Positions 53,757-64,000 of a stretch of 64,000 nt of DNA are shown here, one piece after another. Numbering within the stretch: the first letter of the stretch is position 1; each line of letters starts with the position of its first letter. The DNA comes from Candidatus Woesebacteria bacterium. GTDB lineage: Bacteria > Patescibacteriota > Microgenomatia > UBA8517. Position numbers and translations under genes: made by a program. The stretch covers positions 16,358 to 80,357 of the forward strand of contig CP055308.1 in assembly GCA_013374855.1 (NCBI GenBank), read 5' to 3'. Below the pieces are notes generated by a model. It made no database searches and was not told where the DNA came from. It saw only the letters and a program-made list of their open reading frames with translations.

Positions 53757-54671
53757 TCAAAGAGAAACACCTCTGTCAATAGCCTTTTTTCTTGCCTTCC
53801 AAGAAATAAGCTTTAAAGGAAAAACTACAACAGCTTTAAATATCCTCCCTACTCGCTTGGGCTGTATCACAAGTCGCCAGAGCCATTCTAGACCCCGTTT
53901 CTCCAAGAACTTGGGAGGTTTCTTAACTTTGCCTGAGACGTAGTCAAAAGACCCACCCACAGTCATTGCAACACCAACCTCAAGATTGGGAAGATTTCTG
54001 TCAAGCCAAAGCTCCTGTTTTGGTGCGCCAAAACCAACAAACAAAAAATGTGGCCTAATTCTGTTAACAGATTCCAGAACTTCACTTTCTATTCTTTCAT
54101 TTTCAAGACCAACTGGTTGCCCATATCCGTCAAGAACAGGCCCAACAAAAGGAAAAATCTTAATTTTCTTATAGCTTTTCTGCAAGACCGCTGCTGCTTT
54201 TTGAGCGCTTTCTCCCTTATCGCCAAGAAAAACAACTCTCCATCCTTTCTTATTTGCCAAAAAAACAAGTCTTTCAAAAAGCTCACGTCCTTTAATCAAA
54301 TTAAGAGAAGAAATATTCTTTCTGTTTAAAAGGCACAAAAATGCAGCGTAAAACATTTGAAAAGGCAAAACCAAGAAAGAAAATGGTCTTTTTGGACTTT
54401 TAAGATTCAAAAAGAAATCAGCAAGTAAAAGTCCCACTCCGTCAGGAACCGCAAAATCAGATTTATCTATAAAAGAATGAAGTTTTGGGATTGAAATCGC
54501 CTTCAAAATAATCTCCGGATTTGGAGTTGTAATAACCAAAGGTGAAAATCTAGGTGTTCTTTTTTCAAAAAGCAAAGCTTTAACTCTAGATTCTCTTAGC
54601 ACTTGATTAATTGAAGTGCTACTCAAGTTTACATCTAATATTTTTACCTTATTTAGGGCATTTTTTAACAT
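53757..54671 (-). CDS. WecB/TagA/CpsF-family glycosyltransferase
   Basis: 304 aa; VPDGVGLLLA and FVGFGAPKQELWL motifs. Confidence 0.75.
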   Translation of the reverse strand: MLKNALNKVKILDVNLSSTSINQVLRESRVKALLFEKRTPRFSPLVITTPNPEIILKAISIPKLHSFIDKSDFAVPDGVGLLLADFFLNLKSPKRPFSFLVLPFQMFYAAFLCLLNRKNISSLNLIKGRELFERLVFLANKKGWRVVFLGDKGESAQKAAAVLQKSYKKIKIFPFVGPVLDGYGQPVGLENERIESEVLESVNRIRPHFLFVGFGAPKQELWLDRNLPNLEVGVAMTVGGSFDYVSGKVKKPPKFLEKRGLEWLWRLVIQPKRVGRIFKAVVVFPLKLISWKARKKAIDRGVSL

Positions 54672-55150
54672 ATTTTTAGTAAATTTTTACAAAACAAACT
54701 TGTTTTAAGATGTAAAAAAAGACAAAAATACCAAAACAAACCTAAACTAGAGGAAATCATAGATGCTTTATTCAATTCCCCTAGTAAAAGATATTATCTA
54801 GTTCTATAAAATCAGATCCATATAGATAAAATCTGATCTTGACTAGAAAAATCATTATACTACAGGAAATATAAACACAAAATACTGAAATAAAAAAACC
54901 AATTTATGAACAAAATTATTCTACAAAAATTAAACCTAATTTTGACTAATTATCCTCAAGTTATCTTCAATTATTTTCAAAAAAGACAAATCAAACTATA
55001 AAATATCTCAAACTAAAAACCGCTTACTCGAATTTGCTAAAAAATAAACGCAAAAATTAACGCAGAGAAAATATTTAGAACTAAGAAAACTTATTTTCAA
55101 AGAACCTGTAGTAATTACTATTATTTATATTTTTATATTTAACAATAAGC

Positions 55151-56164
55151 TTAACCTTTAGTTGTCACACTCCGCTTCCAAAGCTCTATGTTTTCAAGCA
55201 CCAAACCAGTTCCTTTAACCACACAAAGCTGTGGGTCTTCTGCAACATGGGCAGGAACCCCCGTTTCTAAAGTCATATATTTGTCCAAATTAGTCAAAAG
55301 ACTTGTTCCTCCACTCATAATTATACCCTTATCTATAATATCAGCCGCCAATTCCGGCGGTGTGTCCTCAAGAACCGACTTTACCACACCAACTATCTGA
55401 TTTACCACATTTCTTATAGCCTCTGTTATCTCCTTGGATGTCAAGACCACACTCCTTGGCAGACCAAAAACCAAATCGCGACCTGATACTTCAAGCTTTT
55501 CCTCTTTACCTTCGGGTATAGCAGAACCTATTTTAACTTTAATCTCTTCTGCAGTCTGATCTCCTATTATCAAATTATATTTCTTCTTCAGGTATTCTTG
55601 GATAGCCTCATCAATTTTATTCCCAGCCACTCGCGCGCTTCTGTGGACAACAACTCCACCCAAAGAAATAACCGCCGCTTCTGTTGCACCCCCTCCACTA
55701 TCTACTATCATATGTCCCGATGGAGCTGAAACTGGGATACCTGCTCCAATTGCAGCCGCCAATGGTTCATCAATCAAATACGCATGAGCTGCGCCAGCAG
55801 AAAGAGTTGCATCAAGTGCCGCTCTTCTTTCAACCTGCGTGCATCCTGCCGGCACACACACCATAACATCAGGTTTGAAAAATAAAAACTGCCCGCTTAC
55901 TTTTTGAATAAAATAACGAAGCATTGCCTCTGTAACCTGATAATCTGCTATAACTCCATCTCGCATTGGGCGTGAGGCAATTAAAGACTCTGGGGTTCGC
56001 CCCAGCATCTTTTTTGCCTCTTCCCCTACTGCCACTACCTCATTACTCTCTGCGGATACCGCGACAACCGTTGGCTCATTCACTACTATTCCCTCTCCTG
56101 CCACCCAAACCAAAGTGTTAGCGGTACCCAAATCTATTGCTATTTTTTTCCTTATCTCTATCAT
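55151..56164 (-). CDS. mreB: rod-shape protein MreB, canonical paralog 2
   Basis: 337 aa; IAIDLGTANTLVWV…DSGGGATEAAV…. Confidence 0.9.
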   Translation of the reverse strand: MIEIRKKIAIDLGTANTLVWVAGEGIVVNEPTVVAVSAESNEVVAVGEEAKKMLGRTPESLIASRPMRDGVIADYQVTEAMLRYFIQKVSGQFLFFKPDVMVCVPAGCTQVERRAALDATLSAGAAHAYLIDEPLAAAIGAGIPVSAPSGHMIVDSGGGATEAAVISLGGVVVHRSARVAGNKIDEAIQEYLKKKYNLIIGDQTAEEIKVKIGSAIPEGKEEKLEVSGRDLVFGLPRSVVLTSKEITEAIRNVVNQIVGVVKSVLEDTPPELAADIIDKGIIMSGGTSLLTNLDKYMTLETGVPAHVAEDPQLCVVKGTGLVLENIELWKRSVTTKG

Positions 56165-56483
56165 CTATTTTGATATATTAAAATAGTATTAAGATATATT
56201 TAATGAAAACTTTGTAAGAGTCATTTTAGACTATCAAAAAAAAATTGGCAATTGTAAGAAAGTTAAAATTCAAAAATAAACCTCAAAAACCAAAACTTCA
56301 CCAATCTAACAACTTTAATAAGTTTTTTACTTGGATTCTTGAATTTTTGAATTTACTCCGCAATTACAATAACACCATCCAATCCAATCTGATATAGCTT
56401 CTGTTTTGTTCTATATTATCTTTTTGCTGTAAATAATAAATTCACAAACATTATTCTATACTTACCCTTTTTAAGCTATAATA

Positions 56484-57710
56484 TTGCCAATGACCAAAAT
56501 CAGAATTCTTATTCTAATTGCCACAATAATGATAGTTGGGCTTGGGAGCTATCTGCTTTTTCTTTACGCACGAGGTTATAGGATCGATGGAAAAGATTTA
56601 ACCGTCAAACCAAGCGGTCTTTTAATAGTAAAGTCAAATCCAGAAGGCGCCCAAGTGCTTATAAATCAAGAAGTAAAAGGCGCCACAAATATAAACCTAT
56701 CTCTCCCACCCGAATCGTATGATATAACTATCAAAAAGGAAGGCTATTCAACTTGGCAAAAAAGAATAACTATTAAAAAAGAGGAAGTTACTGAAATAGA
56801 AGCACAACTTTTCAAACTGGCGCCCTCACTTTCAGCAATTACATTAAACACCGCTATAAATCCCAATACATCCCCTGATGGAACAAGGATTGCATTTGTG
56901 GTTCCAGCAACCAAAGAAAACATAGAAGAAGAAAAAGAGGGCTTATGGATACTTGACAATATAAATCTACCCCTTGGCTTCTCTCGCGATCCAAGAAGAA
57001 TCACAGATGGAGATTTAAAAGAAGCAAGCTGGGTCTGGTCTCCAAATGGCAGAGAAATTCTTCTGACTCTTGGCAAAAGCAAGTTTTTGTTAGATACAAA
57101 CATTTTCACCCCACAAACTAAAAGAGTGAATGTAGCAGCTAAAGCTGATGAAATAATTTCTGAATGGCAAAAGGAAAAAGAAAAAATACTTGCCTCCAAA
57201 ATTAAAAGTTTACCTGAAAAATTAGCGCCAATTATAAAAGACTATGCAACCAATATAACTTTTTCCCCTGATGAAACAAAAATTTTATACACCGCCAAAT
57301 CTGATTACAACTTGCCAGACGAAATAATAAAACCAATTCCCGGCGCCTCTACTCAAAAACAGGAAAGAGGTATCAAAAAGTATAATACATATGTTTATGA
57401 TATCAAAGAAGATCGGAATTTCTTAATATCAGAAAAAAATGAAGATTTACAAGTAGGTAACCTTTGGGAAAACAAAACCCCTCCAAAGGAAAAAATAGTT
57501 TGGTTTCCAACATCAATCAACCTTATGTGGGCAAAGGAAGGAAAAGTAATTGTTATGGATTATGATGGTAAAAACAGGCAAGAAGTATATTCAGGAAGTT
57601 ACTTTGCTCCGTTTGCTTTCCCTTCCCTAACAAATGACAGAATCATTATACTTACCAATCTTGGCTCCGATTCACAAGATGCAAATCTTTATCATGTAAA
57701 CATAAAGTAA
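56484..57710 (+). CDS. membrane-anchored PEGA-domain protein with TolB/PD40-like beta-propeller repeats
   Basis: 408 aa; N-terminal TM, PEGA motif (VKSNPEGAQVLINQ), repeated SPDGTRIAF / SPNGREILL / SPDETKILY segments. Confidence 0.65.
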   Translation: MPMTKIRILILIATIMIVGLGSYLLFLYARGYRIDGKDLTVKPSGLLIVKSNPEGAQVLINQEVKGATNINLSLPPESYDITIKKEGYSTWQKRITIKKEEVTEIEAQLFKLAPSLSAITLNTAINPNTSPDGTRIAFVVPATKENIEEEKEGLWILDNINLPLGFSRDPRRITDGDLKEASWVWSPNGREILLTLGKSKFLLDTNIFTPQTKRVNVAAKADEIISEWQKEKEKILASKIKSLPEKLAPIIKDYATNITFSPDETKILYTAKSDYNLPDEIIKPIPGASTQKQERGIKKYNTYVYDIKEDRNFLISEKNEDLQVGNLWENKTPPKEKIVWFPTSINLMWAKEGKVIVMDYDGKNRQEVYSGSYFAPFAFPSLTNDRIIILTNLGSDSQDANLYHVNIK

Positions 57711-57717
57711 AGAATTG

Positions 57718-57790
57718 TGCCGGTGGAGGGAGTTGAACCCCCAACCTTTCCCTTAGGACGGGACTGCTCTATCCTTTGAGCTACACCGGC
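57718..57790 (-). tRNA. tRNA-Arg (anticodon CCT)
   Basis: Reverse complement reads GCCGGTGTAGCTCAAAGGATAGAGCAGTCCCGTCCTAAGGGAAAGGTTGGGGGTTCAACTCCCTCCACCGGCA; anticodon loop GTCCTAA. Confidence 0.8.
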
Positions 57791-57815
57791 AATAGGCTAA
57801 TTCTAGCAAAAAACA

Positions 57816-58484
57816 CTACTCTCCCTCAACTACAACTACTAATTCCCCTCTTATTTTTCCACAAGAAAGCTCATCAATAACAGAATCAATACTCCCTCTA
57901 TACAAAGTCTCATAAATCTTCGTAAGCTCGCGAGCTACCAATACCCGCTTTTCTCCACCAAAAATTTCTTTTAGAAAAACAAGCGAATTTAAAACCCTTT
58001 TCGGAGATTCAAAAAAAGCAAAAGTAAACCCCAAGTCTTTGACTCTTGTGATTGTTTTGTGCTTTTTCTTCTTAGGCAAAAAACCAAGAAAAACAAAGTT
58101 GTTTGTGCGAAAACCACAAACAGAAAGCGCCGCTGTTAAAGCTGACACCCCCGGCACCACCTCAACCTTACAAAACCCAGCTCTGTAGAGAAAATCAATA
58201 AGCTCATTACCGGGATCAGAAATTCCGGGAGTGCCAGCATCGGTTACTAAAGCTATATTTTTGCCCTGCTGGAGATAATTCAATATCTTAAATTTCTTCT
58301 CATCACTACTATGCTGGTGATAGCTCAAAATATTATTATTTATATCATAATGTTTCAAAAGTTTACTTATAACTCGCGTGTCTTCCGACAATATCAGATC
58401 TACCTCCTTCAAAACCTTTAAAGCCCGAAAAGTAATATCCTCTAAATTCCCTATTGGCAACCCTACAACATATAAAGTTCCCAC
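57816..58484 (-). CDS. rsmI: 16S rRNA (cytidine1402-2'-O)-methyltransferase
   Basis: 222 aa; tetrapyrrole-methylase fold N-terminus MGTLYVVGLPIGNLEDITFRALKVLKEVDLILSEDTR. Confidence 0.85.
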   Translation of the reverse strand: MGTLYVVGLPIGNLEDITFRALKVLKEVDLILSEDTRVISKLLKHYDINNNILSYHQHSSDEKKFKILNYLQQGKNIALVTDAGTPGISDPGNELIDFLYRAGFCKVEVVPGVSALTAALSVCGFRTNNFVFLGFLPKKKKHKTITRVKDLGFTFAFFESPKRVLNSLVFLKEIFGGEKRVLVARELTKIYETLYRGSIDSVIDELSCGKIRGELVVVVEGE

Positions 58485-58643
58485 AAGAGAATTCTATATT
58501 ACAAACCAATAACTTACAACAAAATTGAACTAACAAGAAAAACAAATAGGTTCATACAATGCCCAACAAATGAGAGGAATTGGAATCTCTCACTTGACAA
58601 GGTCTGTGCTTGTCAAAAAAACAATAAGTAATAAAATGAAAGG

Positions 58644-59486
58644 ATGACTGATAGAAACCAAGAAACAGAAGATAAATTACTCCAACCATACCAAGAGACC
58701 ATCCAAGAAATATTCCAGGAGATAAGAGATGAAACCTTCCCTGAAAGAATTGAAAAACTACCAGAAAATATAAAAAAAGAAGTCGTGGCCTCTCTAGCAT
58801 CAATAGAGATAATACGAGAAGCTCTAGGATTCATTATAAGAAACGATAAAATGCCAGAGGAATATAAAAAGGAAAAATTTCACTTAAAATTCCCTTTCAC
58901 AAATAACCTTTTATCAAATCTAGAAAGTTCTAGAGCTGAAAAAGAAACAATAAAAAAAATAAAAGAATGGTCCTTGGAGCAACTGCCCCAGATAATAAAA
59001 AACCTTAAAGATCCAAACTATATCGCTCAAGCTTATAAAGAATTTGGAATTAAGGGAGAAGTTGATATAAGCTTTGAAAACAGAGAACAACAGAATGCAG
59101 CCTATATGTTCACAAATACAATAAGGGAAATAATATATATACACACTTTGCAGGAAAGCCTTAAAATATTAGGAGAAAATGCTTTGGAAATGTCCGAGGA
59201 AGGATTAAAAAGACAATTTTATGAAGAAATTCTTTCCTTTGAAGACGACATTAGTGGAACTAGATATATAAAAACAATACATCTACCCAAACTAAAAGAA
59301 GCATATCTAAACGCCCTCGCCCGCGAATCCTCTCCAAAAGAGCCTGCAACGACGAACGAAGAGAGGATTCAAAAATTATTAGAAGAAACTATGTCGCCAG
59401 CAAAATATAAAGACTGGCAGGTAGCATCCGTTATAACTAAAGAATACGAAAGGCTAATAGAAAACTTCCTAAAAGAAGTCCTATAG
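58644..59486 (+). CDS. hypothetical protein (280 aa), Glu/Lys-rich
   Basis: ORF only. Confidence 0.45.
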   Translation: MTDRNQETEDKLLQPYQETIQEIFQEIRDETFPERIEKLPENIKKEVVASLASIEIIREALGFIIRNDKMPEEYKKEKFHLKFPFTNNLLSNLESSRAEKETIKKIKEWSLEQLPQIIKNLKDPNYIAQAYKEFGIKGEVDISFENREQQNAAYMFTNTIREIIYIHTLQESLKILGENALEMSEEGLKRQFYEEILSFEDDISGTRYIKTIHLPKLKEAYLNALARESSPKEPATTNEERIQKLLEETMSPAKYKDWQVASVITKEYERLIENFLKEVL

Positions 59487-59746
59487 ATACCTTGGCACGA
59501 AGTACCCCTTTAAATTGGTCTTTACTCAACAGCCCATTTGTATTAAAATATTTGAACTATGCTAAAAGAAACAAAACCAAGATGCAGGCCCAGTGAAGAA
59601 GGAGAATTAATACCCCACAACGCTCCAAAACCCAATTCTATAGAGGAAAAACAACACCAAACAAAACAAGGACCAGATGATGGAGCAAGAGAATCTCAGC
59701 TTGAAAAAATCATTTTTGGAGAATAAAAAAAAGAAACAACTCAATC

Positions 59747-60223
59747 TTAACTTTCCACCTCTTCCCTAGAATAGATAAGACATTCCGATGCACTAACATA
59801 ATCAAAAATCTCACTATCTTTAAAAATAAGTTTTCTCTCTTTTTCTGCCGCTTCGACCGAATCTGAAGCATGAATTAGATTTTGGCTTCCACTCATTCCA
59901 AAATCTCCCCTTATTGAGCCTGCCTCCGCTTCCCTACCCTTGGTCGTTCCAACAATCTTTCGAACCGTTGCAACAGCATCAAGTCCCTCCCAAACCATGG
60001 CTACAATTGGCGTCCATTCCATAAAATTTTTAAGATTGGGGAAAAAAGATTTATCTTTATGATGAGCATACCACTCGTCCAGTATCTCATCAGTAAGCTT
60101 TAGCATCTTAATGCCCACCAACTTCAACCCTTTTCTATCAAATCGATGAATAATTTCGCCTGTCAAGCCTCTCTGAAGAGCATCAGGTTTTATCAAGACT
60201 ACTGTTTTCTCCATATTAGACAT
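59747..60223 (-). CDS. ndk: nucleoside diphosphate kinase
   Basis: 158 aa; NIIHASD active-site region (NLIHASDSVEAAEKE) and N-terminal TVVLIKPDA. Confidence 0.9.
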   Translation of the reverse strand: MSNMEKTVVLIKPDALQRGLTGEIIHRFDRKGLKLVGIKMLKLTDEILDEWYAHHKDKSFFPNLKNFMEWTPIVAMVWEGLDAVATVRKIVGTTKGREAEAGSIRGDFGMSGSQNLIHASDSVEAAEKERKLIFKDSEIFDYVSASECLIYSREEVES

Positions 60224-60276
60224 ACCAGTCTGATTATAACAACCAAAATCAAAAACTCAAATGGCAAAAGAGAAAA

Positions 60277-61563
60277 TCAAATTTTATGGACAGGGTCGGA
60301 TCCTGTCCACCAAGTTGCCTTTTCATACGGGCCAATGACGGCAATGTTCAGACGGTTCTCACGGAAGAAATTTTCTGCCACCCGATAAACATCTTCAACC
60401 TTAACTCTATCAATCTCCTCAAAAACTGACTCAATCTTGCGAGTTTTCCCCAGATAAAGCTCCTCAAGCGAGAAAAAATCGCAGACTGCGTGCGTGTTTT
60501 CCAAAGAAAGCGCAAAATGCCCCTTTAAATACTCTTTGGCTTTGAAAAATTCTTTTTTGTCTATTCTGTATCTTCTGTCACGCAAGCCAAAATACTGATC
60601 TAAAATTACATCTATTGCTTCCTTAATTTTAGCAGTCTGCACCCCAGCATAAGTAAGAAAACTCCCCGAATCCTCTCCATGATCAACACCCACCCTGACC
60701 GCATAAGCAAGCCCGCGCTTTTCCCGTACTTCGATAAACATACGCGAACTCATTCCACCACCCAAAACAGAAGACAAAACAGCCTCAGCATACCTGTCTT
60801 TATGCCCAAACTCAGCCCCCCTAAAGCCAACAATCAAATGGGCTTGGTCTGTTTTTTTCTTCTTTAAAAAAACATTCGGCCTTTTCTGGTCAAAACTATC
60901 CCAAGCTGAAAGTGGTTTCTGATCAGTCTTTTTAAGTTCCCCAAAATACTCCTCCACCAACCTCAAAAGAGTATCTTCCTTGAAATTACCTACAACACTC
61001 AAAAGCATGTTCTCCGGATAATAATACTTTTCCCGATAATTCAAGAAGTCCTCCCTTTTCAAACCCTTTACCGTTTCTTTCGTCCCCGCGATATCCCGCG
61101 CCAAAGAAGAACCGGCAAATGTAATATTTTCAAAAATATCATAAATTTTAGTCATTGGAGTATCCTCATACATTGCAATTTCCTCCAAAATTACCCCTTT
61201 TTCCTTTTCAATTTCCTCCTCTTTAAGAAGTGGATGCAAGACTATATCAGAAAGTATATCAATACTTTTTTCTATAACATCCGCACGGGATTTTATATAA
61301 AAATTAGTCCACTCCTTAGAAGTACCCGCATTGGTTTCCGCCCCTATTGAATCAATGCTCTCTGATATGGCTTTTGCAGAAGGTCTTTTTTTGCTTCCCT
61401 TAAAAACCATATGTTCCAAAAAATGAGAAAGACCAGCCTTTTCATCTTCCTCAAAACGAGAGCCAGTTTTTACCCACAAATTAACAAGAACAGACTTCAA
61501 ATCATCTCTTGGCACAAGCAAGACTCGCAAGTTATTCTTAAGAATTATTTTTTTGCAATCCAT
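60277..61563 (-). CDS. M16-family (insulinase-type) zinc peptidase
   Basis: 428 aa; inverted zinc motif HFLEHMVFKG; start at MDCKKIILKN. Confidence 0.85.
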   Translation of the reverse strand: MDCKKIILKNNLRVLLVPRDDLKSVLVNLWVKTGSRFEEDEKAGLSHFLEHMVFKGSKKRPSAKAISESIDSIGAETNAGTSKEWTNFYIKSRADVIEKSIDILSDIVLHPLLKEEEIEKEKGVILEEIAMYEDTPMTKIYDIFENITFAGSSLARDIAGTKETVKGLKREDFLNYREKYYYPENMLLSVVGNFKEDTLLRLVEEYFGELKKTDQKPLSAWDSFDQKRPNVFLKKKKTDQAHLIVGFRGAEFGHKDRYAEAVLSSVLGGGMSSRMFIEVREKRGLAYAVRVGVDHGEDSGSFLTYAGVQTAKIKEAIDVILDQYFGLRDRRYRIDKKEFFKAKEYLKGHFALSLENTHAVCDFFSLEELYLGKTRKIESVFEEIDRVKVEDVYRVAENFFRENRLNIAVIGPYEKATWWTGSDPVHKI

Positions 61564-61574
61564 AAGGCTTTTTA

Positions 61575-63353
61575 CTACATTCTCTCAACCACCTCAATAC
61601 CCAAAAGCCGAAGTCCATTTCTTATCACCCACCCAATATCCTCTGTAAGTTTTAGCCTAAACATTTTCTTTTTGGAGTTTTTTTCCTTCAAAATTGGATA
61701 TTTATCGTAAAAGCTATTGTAACGCTGGCAAAGAGCAAACAAATAATCACAAATCACCTTTGGAGAAAAATCAACAGCTGCTTTTTTAACAAATTCCCCA
61801 AAATGAAAAAGAAGGCGGGCAATATCCCGCTCTTCATCGGTTAAATCAAGCCTTAAAACTTCAATATCGCAATATTCTAAATCTTTGACAATAAACCCTT
61901 TTTCTTTTGCTTTTTCCAAGACAGAATTAGTCCGTGCAAAAGTATACTGGATATAAGGCCCGGAATTTCCTTTTAAATCAAGAATCTTGTTCCAGTCAAA
62001 AACAATATCGCTTCCTACTGCATGCTTTAAATCAAAATATTTAATTGCTCCTATCCCGATATCGTTTGTTATCCTCTCCAAATCTTTTTCAGGAATATCG
62101 CGAGCAGTCTTTGAGGAATTAATAATCTCTCCTGCTTTTCTTATAGCCTCCTTTAGTACTTCTTCCAAGTTTACAACATCACCTTCTCTGGTTGAGAATT
62201 TTTTACCAGAAGGAGAAAGGTAAAGACCATGCGCTGTATGGTGCAAAATAATCGAATCGCCAGCCCAACCAAGTTTTCTTGCTGCAGCAAAAACTTGTTT
62301 AAAATGAAGGGTCTGCTCTTTCCCTACCTCATAAATAATAACATGAGGCTCAAAACGACGTATACGGTAATAAATACAGGCCAAATCCCGCGCCGCATAA
62401 GTAGTTGTTCCATCACTTTTTAAGAACATCAAAGGAGTTTTTATTCCATACTCTTGTAAATCTATTATTTTTGCCCCTCCTTCCCCTTCAGAAAGATAGC
62501 TTAAGAAATGTTTATTCTTAAGCAACCGCTTAAGAACATTAGAATATCGGCTCTCTCCCATCATCATATCAAAAGAAACACCCAAAAGATCATAAATTCT
62601 GTTGAATTCCCTCATTGAGATGCTTACACACTTGCGCCAAATCTCCCGCGCCATGGGAACACCTTTCTCAAGCTTTGCAAACCAAGCGCGCGCCTCAAAA
62701 TCCATTTTTTCCTTTTCTTCGCCCTTTGCAAGCTGATGATACTTTACATACAACTTCTCCAATCCTTCAACAGTAACTGATTCTAAAGGATGTCGCTTTA
62801 GCATATAAATAAGTTTGCCGAACTGTGTCCCCCAATCACCCAAGTGATTGTCTCCTATTACCTTATAGCCTAAAAATTCATAAATGTTATAAAGCGATTG
62901 CCCAATAATGGTTGAGCGGAGGTGCCCAATAGAAAATCTTTTGGCAATATTTGGAGAAGAATAATCAATAACCACCCGCTTGTTTCTTCCTATATCACTT
63001 GAACCATAGTAATAATGTTTTTTACTTATATGTATCAAATTATCAACTAATATCTCATCTTTAAGCCAAATATTTATAAAGCCGGGTTTAATTGCCAATA
63101 TTTTTTCAACATAATTTAAAAGATCAGTTTTTTCCTCAAGAAAGACAACTAGAGATGAAGCCAAATCGTATGGATCTTTGGAATCTCTAACACTTTCCGG
63201 CAACTTTTCAAGCAAACTTTTATCAGCAAAAGCCCGCATAGCAATACTTGTTGTGTAATCGCCAAAATCCTGATTCTCCGGAATCTCAAGCAAAAGTTCG
63301 CTAGTGACTATTCCCAAAGAAGAAGCAACAACCTCTGCAATCCTATCCTTCAT
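61575..63353 (-). CDS. argS: arginine--tRNA ligase
   Basis: 592 aa; class I HIGH-type motif (SIGHLRSTIIG) and ArgRS anticodon-binding C-terminus. Confidence 0.9.
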   Translation of the reverse strand: MKDRIAEVVASSLGIVTSELLLEIPENQDFGDYTTSIAMRAFADKSLLEKLPESVRDSKDPYDLASSLVVFLEEKTDLLNYVEKILAIKPGFINIWLKDEILVDNLIHISKKHYYYGSSDIGRNKRVVIDYSSPNIAKRFSIGHLRSTIIGQSLYNIYEFLGYKVIGDNHLGDWGTQFGKLIYMLKRHPLESVTVEGLEKLYVKYHQLAKGEEKEKMDFEARAWFAKLEKGVPMAREIWRKCVSISMREFNRIYDLLGVSFDMMMGESRYSNVLKRLLKNKHFLSYLSEGEGGAKIIDLQEYGIKTPLMFLKSDGTTTYAARDLACIYYRIRRFEPHVIIYEVGKEQTLHFKQVFAAARKLGWAGDSIILHHTAHGLYLSPSGKKFSTREGDVVNLEEVLKEAIRKAGEIINSSKTARDIPEKDLERITNDIGIGAIKYFDLKHAVGSDIVFDWNKILDLKGNSGPYIQYTFARTNSVLEKAKEKGFIVKDLEYCDIEVLRLDLTDEERDIARLLFHFGEFVKKAAVDFSPKVICDYLFALCQRYNSFYDKYPILKEKNSKKKMFRLKLTEDIGWVIRNGLRLLGIEVVERM

Positions 63354-63493
63354 ATTAAGAAATTATATCCTTTATTTTCCTCTTCTCAAGCACTAACTGG
63401 TCAGGCAGGTTTTGAATTTTGAATTTTAAATCATCTAGTTAATCCTCTTTGGTTCTTGCATTTTTTTATTGGATTTTTATTCTATAGCCCCTC

Positions 63494-64000
63494 TCAACGC
63501 TTTACCCAGAATCTCCTGCCATCAGAGGCAACCACCACATCACCAATTTGGTCTGTTCTAAAAACCGAAACACCAAAAGAAGAAAGCATATCAAGAATTT
63601 CCTTATGGGGATGCCCGTAAGAATTCTTCCCCACCGAAATCACTGCCAATTTTGGCTTTATTAATTCCAGCAAATCCTGCGTTAATCCATTTTTACTGCC
63701 ATGATGAGGTACTTTGATATATTCAACAGACAACCTTGAAAGGACACCCAAAGAAGAAAAAGCAGATCCAACTTCCAAAGCCGAAGACGGAGAAAGATCG
63801 CCAGTTAAAAGCGCATCAAATTCGCCAAAGCTCAAGATCAAGTTTATAGAAAAATCATTAGGGCTTTTAGATGTTGTGCGCGCCCCAAGAATAGAACTAT
63901 TTTGATCCATTTGCCCCAATTCTTTAACACTTGATTTTTCAGCCAAAAACGACTGCGAAGGGTGCAATATTACAAAATGCATCAAACCAACTCGCACTTC
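63494..64000 (-). CDS. metallo-beta-lactamase-fold domain, C-terminal part of a ComEC/Rec2-like protein. The N-terminus lies beyond the window end.
   Basis: …YIKVPHHGSKNG… motif characteristic of the ComEC C-terminal MBL domain; the ORF runs off the 3' edge of the window. Confidence 0.55.
   Translation of the reverse strand, partial: EVRVGLMHFVILHPSQSFLAEKSSVKELGQMDQNSSILGARTTSKSPNDFSINLILSFGEFDALLTGDLSPSSALEVGSAFSSLGVLSRLSVEYIKVPHHGSKNGLTQDLLELIKPKLAVISVGKNSYGHPHKEILDMLSSFGVSVFRTDQIGDVVVASDGRRFWVKR

Overview
This 64 kb window has about 35% GC and is densely coded, with short intergenic spacers. By inference it comes from a small-genome, CPR/Patescibacteria-like bacterium. The standard bacterial code applies: TGA terminates fmt and other genes. 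The first 28 kb is mostly housekeeping. It opens with an rseP-frr-tsf-rpsB cluster, followed by folD-glyA, topA, dprA, a PBP2-type transpeptidase, an mreB paralog, a Wzy_C+TPR membrane protein and def-fmt. The ribosomal-protein genes rpmB and rpsU are present. A split rpmG / rplK-rplA // rplJ-rplL cluster has secE-nusG relocated about 8 kb downstream. Seven tRNAs are present (Thr-TGT, Tyr-GTA, Thr-GGT, Pro-CGG, Trp-CCA, Arg-CCT) plus queA and rnhB. From 28.8 to 53.7 kb the window is accessory in character. It holds an operon of three tandem ATP-grasp ligases, one fused to a retropepsin-like domain, next to a polytopic membrane protein. A 14.6 kb segment is bounded by about 0.5 kb inverted copies of a mosaic short-tandem-repeat element. 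That segment contains a DDE (rve) transposase, several Tat-signal papain/C39-like proteins and an operon of giant Cys-rich secreted proteins that share a 417 bp, 100% identical stretch. The uppS gene is duplicated with a 190-aa C-terminal extension next to a trans-polyprenyl synthase. A roughly 300 bp promoter-leader-small-ORF element is present twice, once inserted into the rplKAJL cluster and once beside an excisionase-like HTH gene. The last 10 kb is housekeeping again: tagA-like, a second mreB, a PEGA/PD40 protein, rsmI, ndk, an M16 peptidase, argS and a partial ComEC-type MBL domain.
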